Shown here in pieces: positions 26,673 through 38,701 of a DNA stretch of 64,000 bases (within the stretch, counting starts at the first letter, position 1; each line of letters opens with the position of its first letter). Source of the stretch: a virus. A model generated the notes under the pieces. That model was not told the origin of the DNA and did not search any database. It was given only the letters and a program-made list of their open reading frames with translations. The stretch lies in the IMG/VR virus record IMGVR_UViG_3300042888_001941, positions 32,001-96,000 of that record. The stretch is one strand, 5' to 3'. The translations under genes and the position numbers were made by a program.

Positions 26673-27339
26673 AACCATAGGAATGCTTCCAGCGTCTGGC
26701 AGTGCTAGTCGCTTACTCGGCATTCCTAAATTCTTTCTTCCTATTGAAAACGGCAAGTCACTTCTCCACCGCCACGTTGAGATGATGGGTGAAGTTTGTG
26801 ACGAGGTGCGAATAGCTACGCGTGAGCGCTGGCGCCCTCTTCTTGAGGATCTTAAGCTTAATGCTGAGATCTGCTATATGGAGCCGTCAACAATGGCAGA
26901 CGCGCTTCTTAAAATGGAGCCACTATGGAACGATATTGTTGTTGGAATGCCAGATGTTTATGTTGGCGGGTCTAACCGTAACTTTTACGCAGAGATGCTT
27001 AAGCAAGAAGGTGATGTTGTTTTAGCGACATGGAACTACATTGAAGAGAAAATGAAAGGCAAGCTAGGTCAAGTTCTTACAGACGACTACTCGCGTGTGT
27101 TAAACGTTCTTGACAAGCACCCAACCTGCGAGTACCCAGAGATCTGGGGCGCAATAGTTTTCCGTAATGAAATGATTCACAAGATTGACAGGTCTGGCGG
27201 ATCAGTTCTCAAGAATGTAAATGACTGGATTGACAAGGGCGTAAAGGTCTCTGCGGTGAAGATTCCAGGCGAGTACGTGGACGCAGGAACAGTGCAAGGT
27301 CTTGTTGAGATGTATCGTTACGTAGGTAAATCACTGTGA
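26665..27339 (+). CDS. sugar-phosphate nucleotidyltransferase (RmlA-like)
   Basis: 'LPASGSASRL.GIPKFFLP', 'GMPD', 'YVDAGT'. Confidence 0.8.
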   Translation: MTRTIGMLPASGSASRLLGIPKFFLPIENGKSLLHRHVEMMGEVCDEVRIATRERWRPLLEDLKLNAEICYMEPSTMADALLKMEPLWNDIVVGMPDVYVGGSNRNFYAEMLKQEGDVVLATWNYIEEKMKGKLGQVLTDDYSRVLNVLDKHPTCEYPEIWGAIVFRNEMIHKIDRSGGSVLKNVNDWIDKGVKVSAVKIPGEYVDAGTVQGLVEMYRYVGKSL

Positions 27340-28007
27340 AAATGGAGATAGATGAATTCTTTCAAAAGGATCAAGTCACCTATTCACAGCTAAGGCAAGA
27401 TCTTTTTGCTCTGTACCATAAGCAAGACTCACCAGGATACTTTGTAGAGTTTGGTTCTCTTGATGGGATAGACACGAGCAATACGTACATCCTTGAGAAG
27501 TATCATGGCTGGACAGGAATTCTTGCAGAGCCACTTCCTCGCTTCTACGATGAGCTCCATCGCAATCGCGCATGCATCATTGATACCCGTTGCGTGTTCT
27601 CTCACTCCGGTGACGTTGTTCAGTTCGGTGAGGTCGAGGACTTCCCTGCGGTGTCTACTTTGATTTCTCATAAGGACCAAAGCAGTATGTGGAAAGAGAA
27701 GCGTCAGACGAATAAGATCCACGATGTCGTGACAGTTTCCCTTGATGACCTATTAGACGAGCACAATGCACCTGCGGTGATAGATTACCTATCTATCGAC
27801 ACTGAAGGATCTGAATACACGATTCTTAGCGCTCACAGTTTCAAGCGTCCGTTTAACACAATAAGTGTTGAATACGCAAACCAAGATGAGCGTCATAAGC
27901 TTTACAATTTACTTACGTACCACAAGTATATTCGGGCTCACGCAAAACTTTCCCAGTGGGAAGACTGGTACGTGTACGCACCTTGGTACGTAGAGAAGTA
28001 CCACTAG
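27336..28007 (+). CDS. FkbM-family methyltransferase
   Basis: 'YSQLRQD', 'FVEFGSLDG..SNT', 'GWTGILAEP', 'IDYLSIDTEGSE'. Confidence 0.9.
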   Translation: MKMEIDEFFQKDQVTYSQLRQDLFALYHKQDSPGYFVEFGSLDGIDTSNTYILEKYHGWTGILAEPLPRFYDELHRNRACIIDTRCVFSHSGDVVQFGEVEDFPAVSTLISHKDQSSMWKEKRQTNKIHDVVTVSLDDLLDEHNAPAVIDYLSIDTEGSEYTILSAHSFKRPFNTISVEYANQDERHKLYNLLTYHKYIRAHAKLSQWEDWYVYAPWYVEKYH

Positions 28008-28080
28008 AGCGAACGACGGGGTTCGAACCCGCGACCTGAACCTTGGCAAGGTTCCGCGCTACCAGCTGCGCTACGTTCGC
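28008..28080 (-). tRNA. tRNA-Gly (anticodon GCC), CCA not encoded
   Basis: GCGAACG acceptor stem, D arm TAGCGCAGCTGGTAGCGC, anticodon arm AACCT-TGCCA-AGGTT, T loop GGTTCGAACCC, U discriminator. Confidence 0.95.
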
Positions 28081-28105
28081 ATTACGTTAGGTATACTATA
28101 TATCC

Positions 28106-28366
28106 ATGGCAGTTCCTGACGCGACACTAAAGGTCGCACGCGCAATATATGAATACGCAGGAGTAGATGATCTGCCAGATTGGAAAGACCTTCCCCCTAC
28201 GATACAGATCTCTTATGTAGAAGAAGCAGAAGCAGCTCTACGAGCAACCTGCGACCACATTAAGTATCTTGCCAGCAATATCGACGCTGATGACTCAGAT
28301 GAGATTCTTGTTAAAGGAACTCTCGTATCTGTGTCGAATTTATTAGATCCAAGAGTAAAGGACTAG
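28106..28366 (+). CDS. hypothetical protein (leaderless)
   Basis: TACTAT shortly before ATG. Confidence 0.65.
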   Translation: MAVPDATLKVARAIYEYAGVDDLPDWKDLPPTIQISYVEEAEAALRATCDHIKYLASNIDADDSDEILVKGTLVSVSNLLDPRVKD

Positions 28367-28367
28367 C

Positions 28368-28703
28368 ATGAACATCATTGACTCTTCTTCCAAAACCTTT
28401 GCAGATGACGTTCTGCTATCTCCTGTTCCAGTCCTTGTTGATTTCTGGGCTGAGTGGTGTGGTCCTTGCAGAATGATGCTTCCTATCTTACAGGAACTTG
28501 CGGCGGAAAACTTTCATTCTCTTAAAATTGTAAAGATCAACAGTGACGACAACTCAGGTCTTGCTGCTGAGTTAAGTATTCGCTCAATTCCTACAATGAT
28601 TCTTTTTGTTAATGGTAAAGAAGTTCATCGCGTAACGGGCGCAAAGCCAAAGCCAGCGCTTATGAAAGAAATCGACGAAGCACTAGGAGCTAACAATGAG
28701 TGA
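28368..28703 (+). CDS. trxA: thioredoxin
   Basis: 'VLVDFWAEWCGPC', 'IRSIPT'. Confidence 0.95.
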   Translation: MNIIDSSSKTFADDVLLSPVPVLVDFWAEWCGPCRMMLPILQELAAENFHSLKIVKINSDDNSGLAAELSIRSIPTMILFVNGKEVHRVTGAKPKPALMKEIDEALGANNE

Positions 28704-28785
28704 TATGGGTGTAATGATTTTGTCCTTCGCAAGCGCAGCCTGTGGCATGACGCTTATGTACATCTGGTTAAAGCACGGGAAGTAG
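28696..28785 (+). CDS. possible 29-aa membrane peptide
   Basis: AGGAG SD; fills the gap between thioredoxin and the next gene. Confidence 0.35.
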   Translation: MSDMGVMILSFASAACGMTLMYIWLKHGK

Positions 28786-28790
28786 CATTT

Positions 28791-29444
28791 ATGCGTGTTC
28801 TAGTTTTAGCAGCTGGAACCGGAGATCGCTGGGGCAACTATCGAGGAACTGCTAAACACTTTCTTAACGTTGAAGGTGAAGTTCTCATCGAGCGTACCAT
28901 CAGGCAGTTTTCTAAGTACACAGATGACATATTAGTCGTAGGTTCAGGTCTGGAGTACTCGTTCTCTAATACGTCGTTGTTCATACCTGCGGTGACAGAT
29001 ACCGACGTGCTACTCGGTGATATGCTTAAGTTTTATTCATCAATGCACCTGTGGTCGGACGTTAGAACCGTTCTTGTATTCGGTGACGTTTATTTTACCG
29101 ACGACGCGGTTAGCCAGATCATGTCGTCCGACCTAAACTTTACATTTCTTCTTCGCTCTAACTCGCAGGGACAGGCGGGAGGACGACGCGAGGTGTTCGC
29201 GCTTTCATTTAATGGATCAATGAACCAGGTTATATCCGATAATATACTTAAGCACATAAAGGGTCGCTCGGCCCCACGGGCAGGAGGATGGTTTTTATAC
29301 AAGTCCTTGGTTAGACCAAACTATATCTATAACAACAATCACATAGACATAGACGACTGGACGACGGACTTTGACTATCCTGAAGATGTTATCTTGTGGG
29401 AGACTAAAAGAAAAGAAAATGCCGAGCTAGAAGGCAATAAGTAA
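28791..29444 (+). CDS. NTP-transferase, LicC/choline-phosphate cytidylyltransferase-like
   Basis: 'VLAAGTGDRW..KHFL..GEVLIERTIRQ', 'FGDVYF', 'DFDYPED'. Confidence 0.75.
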   Translation: MRVLVLAAGTGDRWGNYRGTAKHFLNVEGEVLIERTIRQFSKYTDDILVVGSGLEYSFSNTSLFIPAVTDTDVLLGDMLKFYSSMHLWSDVRTVLVFGDVYFTDDAVSQIMSSDLNFTFLLRSNSQGQAGGRREVFALSFNGSMNQVISDNILKHIKGRSAPRAGGWFLYKSLVRPNYIYNNNHIDIDDWTTDFDYPEDVILWETKRKENAELEGNK

Positions 29445-29445
29445 C

Positions 29446-29793
29446 TTACGCTCTTCCAAAGTCATCTTCGTAACGAATGATGTCGTCTTCACCTAGGTAC
29501 TCGCCTGTCTGTATTTCAATAAAGACAAGATCCTCTAAGCCTTCTGCCTCTACGCGGTGAACTTCTCCAACTCCGATTGACACGTAGTCTCCTGGACCAA
29601 GGTGCAGTTCTTGCTCGCCTAGCTCAACCTTGGCGTACCCCTGCGTCACATACCAATGCTCTGCACGGTGTTTGTGTGATTGTTTGCTGAGACGGCTTCC
29701 AACTTCAACGTGTATACGTTTAACTTGCGCGCGTTGCTCAGTGTGAAGGATTACATAAAAGCCCCAAGGGCGAACAAAGATCTCTTGCGTCAT
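29446..29793 (-). CDS. cupin, type II mannose-6-phosphate isomerase C-terminal domain
   Basis: 'RPWG', 'LSKQSHKHRAEHW', 'IEIQTGEYLGEDDIIRYEDDFGR'. Confidence 0.88.
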   Translation of the reverse strand: MTQEIFVRPWGFYVILHTEQRAQVKRIHVEVGSRLSKQSHKHRAEHWYVTQGYAKVELGEQELHLGPGDYVSIGVGEVHRVEAEGLEDLVFIEIQTGEYLGEDDIIRYEDDFGRA

Positions 29794-29814
29794 ACATGAA
29801 CTGTATCATAAATA

Positions 29815-30040
29815 GTGAGCCGAGCTAGCAGCGGGCGACGGGACTTATTGCTACCCTAAAGGTAGCTCCATCATTCGACTACCCGTCCAATGTCTGAGCA
29901 TACCCGCTGCTAGCACTCAACTCTGTAGTTGGGACGGATGACAGTTGTACGTCTTGTCCAGGACGATTCGAACAGGCGGGGTGGGCTAAGGTTCACTTTC
30001 GTGGTGACAAGTTACTGATGGCGTCCCAGGCTGTGGCGAT
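29815..30040 (-). ncRNA. candidate structured non-coding RNA (~225 nt)
   Basis: No credible ORF; promoter directly upstream; nested stems of 12, 7, 6 and 6 bp; GAAA tetraloop; GTTCGAATC T-loop motif. Confidence 0.6.
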
Positions 30041-30046
30041 AATTAA

Positions 30047-30057
30047 ATTATAACAGG
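30047..30057 (-). promoter_or_regulatory. extended -10 promoter CCTGTTATAAT
   Basis: Same motif as 3455-3465; points into the candidate ncRNA. Confidence 0.75.
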
Positions 30058-30333
30058 TTAAGGCTGCTTAAGCGTATTTACCCAACCTACAAGAGACTCA
30101 AGGGATAGGTCCATCATGCCGTCTTCCCCTAGAAGGTCCTCAAGGCGGCCAATGATGTCGGACAGTTCTTCCTCTGTGACACCCGTAAGACGCATAATGT
30201 GTTCTTCCATAAGACCCATTAGCTCACGCATAAAGTCTATCGGCACCAGGGCAAGACCCTCTTCTTTCAGGTACTGCATTAGAACATCATCATCCCTATC
30301 AAAGTCAGGATCTATATCATCTTCGAATGCCAT
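30058..30333 (-). CDS. acidic hypothetical protein
   Basis: 91 aa, Asp/Glu-rich; TAGTAT just upstream. Confidence 0.65.
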   Translation of the reverse strand: MAFEDDIDPDFDRDDDVLMQYLKEEGLALVPIDFMRELMGLMEEHIMRLTGVTEEELSDIIGRLEDLLGEDGMMDLSLESLVGWVNTLKQP

Positions 30334-30436
30334 TGATAGATACTATCTTACAATAATCGCGGTGACAGTTTTACGTTTTAGCCCTTACGTGATATTGTTT
30401 ATTATATTAAATGACACACGACCAAAGGAAGATTAA

Positions 30437-31564
30437 ATGAAAAAGCTTATATCTACTCTCGGACTTATCTCTGCATTAGCATTAGTCGCATCACCTGCGC
30501 AGGCGCGCTGGGCAATTGACTATGACCCAGTCGGTTCTATCTTTAGAATGGTAGAAGATGATCTGCTCCAAACCAGAGCAGACGGTTACTTTGTTATCTC
30601 TGCAGAGGAGATTACGACTGCTAGAGAAGCCGCGCCTACAGCGCCAAGCAAGTATGCTGTTATCATTGGCGGTGTTGTTGACAAGATAGTTACGTGGGAC
30701 GGTTACAGTCCACACGCAAAGATTAAGGATAACAGCGTAGTAGTTAAGATCCCAGCTGAGGGCGGCGTTAAGTACGTTGACCCTAAGGGATTCATTCGTC
30801 TTAAGGCAATCACCCAAGGATCAATTATCTCTGTTGTTGATGCTCCAGGATCTACCATTACTCCTACACTTGTTGATATTGAGTATGTTCCTGTCGTTGA
30901 ATTACCTGAGGAGCCAGTAGGACCTGCGGTGACAGAAGCAAACTCTGCAGTTGTTGTAAGCCAATCCGTCGCGGTGAACAACTCGATTTCTCTTAACATC
31001 CAGGTTCCTGATGTTGCCAATCTTCCTTCAACGTCATCTGTATCTGTCTATGTTGTAACTGACGGTAGATCTACCACTGCTATTGGTCTAGCACCGTCAC
31101 AAACTGCGGTGACAGTAACAGACGTGCCTCAAGGACAAAACGTTACGGTTAAGACAGTGATTCACGACTCTGTGACGAACACTGAGACGGTTGTTTCCAA
31201 TCCGGTGATTGCTACAACGCCTGTTGCGGTTCCTGTCTCTACACCCGCTCGAGACGCCTCACATGACCTTGCTACAGTTGCTGCTCCAGTAACTCAGGCA
31301 GTAACCACTGATTCATCGGGCGCTCGTAGTGCATCTATCTCAATACCTGCGGTGACAAACTTCGATGGTAACAAGACCTGGGCAACCCTTATGGTTGTTG
31401 ATAAGAAGACAGGGTCTACCACGGCAATTGGAACTGATGGCTCAGCCCAGACTCTAGACGTTAATTCACTAGGGTCTAACAGTGACTATGAGGTTAAGCT
31501 TGTTCTCCGCGATTTAGCAACAGGACAAGAGACAACTATCTACGGTCAAACAATTACTAAGTAG
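30437..31564 (+). CDS. secreted protein with two repeated beta-sandwich (Fn3-like) domains
   Basis: Signal peptide ending AQA; repeat 'STTAIG..V..V..D..T..ET'. Confidence 0.7.
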   Translation: MKKLISTLGLISALALVASPAQARWAIDYDPVGSIFRMVEDDLLQTRADGYFVISAEEITTAREAAPTAPSKYAVIIGGVVDKIVTWDGYSPHAKIKDNSVVVKIPAEGGVKYVDPKGFIRLKAITQGSIISVVDAPGSTITPTLVDIEYVPVVELPEEPVGPAVTEANSAVVVSQSVAVNNSISLNIQVPDVANLPSTSSVSVYVVTDGRSTTAIGLAPSQTAVTVTDVPQGQNVTVKTVIHDSVTNTETVVSNPVIATTPVAVPVSTPARDASHDLATVAAPVTQAVTTDSSGARSASISIPAVTNFDGNKTWATLMVVDKKTGSTTAIGTDGSAQTLDVNSLGSNSDYEVKLVLRDLATGQETTIYGQTITK

Positions 31565-31587
31565 CAATTCTGTGCTAGTATTACTTA

Positions 31588-32031
31588 ATGCCTAATCTAA
31601 AGCGTTCCTGTAGCTCTTGCACTAAGTGCTGCGAAGGCTGGCTTACTGGAGAAGCTTTAGGCTACTCGTTTTTTCCAGGCAATCCTTGTCACTTTGTCTC
31701 CGTAGGTAAAGGGTGCACCGTTTATTCTAAAAGACCAAAGGAGCCTTGTAAGTCTTATAAGTGTAGTTGGCTCGTAAACGAAGATCTGCCTGAATGGATG
31801 AAACCTGATGAAGTAAATGCCATTGTAGATTTTAGAGAGACAGATGGCATTCTCTACATGCAAGTCATTGAAGCTGGATCTGTTTTAGAGTCTCGTGTCT
31901 TAAGTTGGCTAATTCAATACGCTTTAAGAAGTAAGTATAACTTCTTATGGAGTATCAATGGCGAAAAAAACTGGATTGGAAATGTAGAATTTAATGAGCT
32001 CATGCTTAAAGAAAGTAAAGTACAAAAATAG
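31588..32031 (+). CDS. YkgJ-like Cys-cluster protein
   Basis: CSSCTKCC..C..GCTVY..RP..C..YKC.W. Confidence 0.75.
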   Translation: MPNLKRSCSSCTKCCEGWLTGEALGYSFFPGNPCHFVSVGKGCTVYSKRPKEPCKSYKCSWLVNEDLPEWMKPDEVNAIVDFRETDGILYMQVIEAGSVLESRVLSWLIQYALRSKYNFLWSINGEKNWIGNVEFNELMLKESKVQK

Positions 32032-32034
32032 TAG

Positions 32035-32838
32035 TTATCCTGTAGCTTGAGTCTTTAAGTATCGGACAATAACTACCCCTGAGCCACCGTCGTACCCAGG
32101 ATATTGAGCGCTGCCGCCGCCAACGTATCCGCTGTTAGCTCCGCCTCCTGTCCCTGAAGCTCCATTTGAGTTCCCACCACGTGAACCACCAACTCCAATA
32201 GTCCCTAAGCCGTAAATGTTAGAACCAGTTGTTCCGCCGTACGTTCCTGCGGCGACTCCAATTCCACCACCTGAACCCGAACCAGGCAGACCAAACGGGT
32301 TACCAGCATCTCCAGCGTCTCCGTTACCTCCCTGAGAACCAGTTCCATATAAGGAAGAAGTATTTGCTCCACCACCACCACATCCTCCATTCCCAGGATA
32401 CTGACCAGAACCTTGACCAGCGTATCCTTGCCCAGCTCCACCACCAATTGCTGTTAACCCAAAACCAGTAGAGTTGTTTCCATTAGAGCCAGTAGACGAC
32501 GAACCTGCACCAGTCCCAGCTCCGCCTGCACCGATAACTATTGAGTAGCTGCCTGTTAAAGTAGTGTTTGTAAGCGCTTGTTTGCCACCAGCACCACCTG
32601 CTCCGCCAATCTTTGGAACAGCGCCAGTCTTAGTGCTGCTGTTAAATCCACCAGCGCCGCCTCCACCGCCTGCTATCACGGTAACGTCAGCTACAATAGT
32701 GCCAGTCACTACTAATGCGTCGCTTGAAGTAAACTTTCTATAGTAGTAAGTTGCATCTGAAGAGGAGGTTCCGCCACTAACTGTTGCTAACCTACGAGAC
32801 TCTCCTCCATGAGAAGCTCTTGCGCCTAGGATTGTCAT
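32035..32838 (-). CDS. glycine-rich tip/adhesin protein
   Basis: MTILGARASHG start; 'VIAGGGGG...GGSGVVIVRY'. Confidence 0.78.
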   Translation of the reverse strand: MTILGARASHGGESRRLATVSGGTSSSDATYYYRKFTSSDALVVTGTIVADVTVIAGGGGGAGGFNSSTKTGAVPKIGGAGGAGGKQALTNTTLTGSYSIVIGAGGAGTGAGSSSTGSNGNNSTGFGLTAIGGGAGQGYAGQGSGQYPGNGGCGGGGANTSSLYGTGSQGGNGDAGDAGNPFGLPGSGSGGGIGVAAGTYGGTTGSNIYGLGTIGVGGSRGGNSNGASGTGGGANSGYVGGGSAQYPGYDGGSGVVIVRYLKTQATG

Positions 32839-32895
32839 GCGGGTATTCTATCTTACCTACGGATAAATGATAGTAATTTAAGTTTCAACTACTTT

Positions 32896-32933
32896 ACTTC
32901 TTAGTAAGGCACCAAGAAGTCTTACTAAGAAGT
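32896..32933. repeat. 13-bp inverted repeat ACTTCTTAGTAAG / CTTACTAAGAAGT in a divergent promoter region
   Basis: Arms at 32896-32908 and 32921-32933. Confidence 0.8.
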
Positions 32934-32981
32934 CCCCAGCCTGTGATAAAGTATAGGCTATAGAGGAAGAATGGGATAAAT

Positions 32982-33340
32982 ATGTCCGCTGGTATCCATA
33001 ACATTATTGTTGAGCAAGGCGCTACGTTCAATCAGACCTACACATGGAAGATTAACTCTAATGCAGTTAACCTTTCTAGCTACACTGCCCGCCTTCAAGT
33101 TCGCGGTAACGGCTCAGGCAAGACCTGGATTCAAGACCAGGTTATCTCTCTTACCTCTGACGTTAATGGCGGAATTGTGCTTGGCGGCGCTGCAGGAACT
33201 ATCGCTGTCTCTATTTCTGCCACGGCAACAACTGCTATTCTTCCAGGCAAGTACTTTTATGATCTTGAGCTCGAGTCAAACGACGCAACAGTAACTCGTC
33301 TTCTTAAGGGAACATTCACCGTGTCTGCAGAGGTGACTCG

Positions 33341-33344
<4 letters not shown>
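32982..33344 (+). CDS. virion beta-sandwich anchor protein (BppU N-terminal-like)
   Basis: '[38 protein letters not shown]'. Confidence 0.7.
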
Positions 33345-36718
<3,374 letters not shown>

Positions 36719-36720
36719 TA

Positions 36721-36936
36721 ATGTCAGACGTGAATGAGTTTAACGCTGAAACTGGCCAGGCAGTCCTGCGCCCATACACTGAAGAAGAACTTGCTCAAGC
36801 GGAGCATGACGCTAACATTGTGGCGACACCAGAAACCGTCTCAATAGAAGAAGATGCGCTAAAGATTTCAGCCTTGGTCAAGCTTCAAACCCTTGGTTTA
36901 ACAGAAGAAGAAGCTCGCGCAATTGCTGGTCTATAA
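36721..36936 (+). CDS. small fibre-associated (chaperone-like) protein
   Basis: 'FNAETGQAVLRPYTEEELAQ..LGLTEEEARA'; paralogue of 15979-16215. Confidence 0.7.
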   Translation: MSDVNEFNAETGQAVLRPYTEEELAQAEHDANIVATPETVSIEEDALKISALVKLQTLGLTEEEARAIAGL

Positions 36937-36980
36937 GCCTTTCTAGAACACCTAATAACCTAGTTACAAGCCTCCAAAGC

Positions 36981-37105
36981 ATACACCCTTCAACTTAAGG
37001 GTGTATGGCAGTTTCTTTCTCATGTTTCTTTGTAAAAATTGTACATTAGAACGGACAAAGTATTATGTCTGTCAAAAATGTACATAGGCTATTTGATACA
37101 TTTTT
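36981..37105. promoter_or_regulatory. candidate res/recombination site upstream of the serine recombinase
   Basis: Inverted repeat CATACACCCTT-n6-AAGGGTGTATG (36981-37008); two AAAAA(T)TGTACAT copies near 37034 and 37074. Confidence 0.5.
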
Positions 37106-37129
37106 AGCTAAATAGAGTATGATATCTCA

Positions 37130-37789
37130 ATGGAACTTGACGATAAAGTAGCGCTGCTTTACGCCCGTGTATCAACGTCTATGCAGGTTCAAGACGGAAT
37201 CTCGTTAGATGTTCAAGAGCGCGCGTTACGCAGCGCGGCAGAGCTTGCAGGATACAAAAATGTACAACTAGTACGTGAGGAAGGCCGCTCTGGCAAGTCA
37301 ATTAAAGGCCGTCCTGCCCTGCGTGGCGCCCTTACGGATCTTGAGTTAGGTAAAGCCCATGCTCTTTTTGTTACCCGCTTAGATCGCCTGTCTCGCTCGA
37401 CTCAAGACTTCTTGTCTATAGTAGATCAAGCCCACAAGTACAACTGGCGTCTTGTGCTGCTTGACCTCAACCTCGACACTTCATCCTACCAAGGAAGATT
37501 TGTTGTCACGATTATGTCCGCGCTTGCAGAGATGGAAAGATCTATCATCTCTGAGCGTCAAAAAGATGTTCACTCTCATAGACGATCTATAGGCAAAGTC
37601 TGGGGCAAAGATTTAGGGCCCAAGAAAAGAATACCTGATGATGTCTTAAATCGAATTTTTGCTGAGAAGGCGGCAGGTAAGTCAATGAACGGCATAGCTA
37701 GAAACTTAAATGCTGAAGGGATACCTGCTGCTTATGGCGGAAAATGGACAGCTTCATCTATTAAGTACGTGCTAGACAGAAACACTTAA
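37130..37789 (+). CDS. serine recombinase (resolvase/invertase-size)
   Basis: 'YARVST..Q..SL..Q', 'SGKS..RPAL', 'RLDRLSRS', 'ALAEMERSIISER', C-terminal 'IARNLNAEGIP..GGKW'. Confidence 0.92.
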   Translation: MELDDKVALLYARVSTSMQVQDGISLDVQERALRSAAELAGYKNVQLVREEGRSGKSIKGRPALRGALTDLELGKAHALFVTRLDRLSRSTQDFLSIVDQAHKYNWRLVLLDLNLDTSSYQGRFVVTIMSALAEMERSIISERQKDVHSHRRSIGKVWGKDLGPKKRIPDDVLNRIFAEKAAGKSMNGIARNLNAEGIPAAYGGKWTASSIKYVLDRNT

Positions 37790-37831
37790 TCCTTACTGGT
37801 GTAGAATAAGCCTATACTCTTTAGGAGAATA

Positions 37832-38701
37832 ATGAACATTCTTGGTACTGTAGCAAGTGCGTACACAGTTCTTAGTCCTACATCAATAGAGCTTCTTCTT
37901 GTTGGCGGCGGCGCTGGCGGTGGCGCTTCTGAAAACTCTGGTGGTGGAGGTGCTGGCGGCTATAGATACTTTGCGTCAACAGCAGTTACTCCTGGGACTT
38001 CTTACTCTGTTACAGTTGGCGGAGGAGGCGCTGGTGGTACGGTTAACGTAAACCGTGGAGGTAGCGGTGGAGGAACTACAGGCTTTGGCTTCACCGCAGC
38101 AGGCGGTGGCGGTGGTGGGTCTGGCACAGGTGCATCCCAGAAGACAGGTGCATCTGGTGGCTCTGGCGGTGGTGGTGGTTCATCATCCTCAGAAGGCTCA
38201 GGAAATACCCCGTCAACTTCCCCATCACAAGGTAACAATGGTGGACCAGGCTCAGGTTCTGGTGGAGGCGGAGGTGGAGGCGCTAGCCAAGCAGGAGTAG
38301 AAGGCAATTTTAGTAATACTGGCAGAGGCGGAAACGGAACTGCAAATTCAATCACAGGCTCATCGGTAACCTACGCAGGCGGAGGTGGTGGCGGTGCAGG
38401 AAGTAGTTCAACAAGACCCGCAGGTGGTTCTGGCGGAGGTGGAGCTGGAGGCAACAATCAATCTGGTTCACAAGGCGGAATTTCTGGAACTAATAACCTT
38501 GGTGGCGGTGGCGGTGGCGTAGGAAGCATCACGCCACCAAACTATGGTGGCGATGGTGGTTCAGGCGTAGTCATTGTCGCGTACCCAGACACGTTTGCAC
38601 CTTTAACTTCTATTAGTGTTGGGTTAAGCTATGACCAACCATCTCGCTCTGGCTACAGAGTCTATCGCTTTACAGCAGGAACAGGAACAATAACAATATG
38701 A
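37832..38701 (+). CDS. glycine-rich tip/adhesin protein
   Basis: MNILGTVAS start; ends 'PSRSGYRVYRFTAGTGTITI'. Confidence 0.78.
   Translation: MNILGTVASAYTVLSPTSIELLLVGGGAGGGASENSGGGGAGGYRYFASTAVTPGTSYSVTVGGGGAGGTVNVNRGGSGGGTTGFGFTAAGGGGGGSGTGASQKTGASGGSGGGGGSSSSEGSGNTPSTSPSQGNNGGPGSGSGGGGGGGASQAGVEGNFSNTGRGGNGTANSITGSSVTYAGGGGGGAGSSSTRPAGGSGGGGAGGNNQSGSQGGISGTNNLGGGGGGVGSITPPNYGGDGGSGVVIVAYPDTFAPLTSISVGLSYDQPSRSGYRVYRFTAGTGTITI

Noticed and set aside
29815-30040. tmRNA, SRP RNA, second tRNA or hammerhead ribozyme
   Set aside because: No tmRNA-type ends, no SRP loop motif, no cloverleaf and no complete hammerhead core; kept as an unknown RNA
37130-37789. Transposon, IS607 element or large serine integrase
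   Set aside because: Only 219 aa, no N-terminal MerR-type HTH, no transposase or TnpB, no terminal repeats with target duplication
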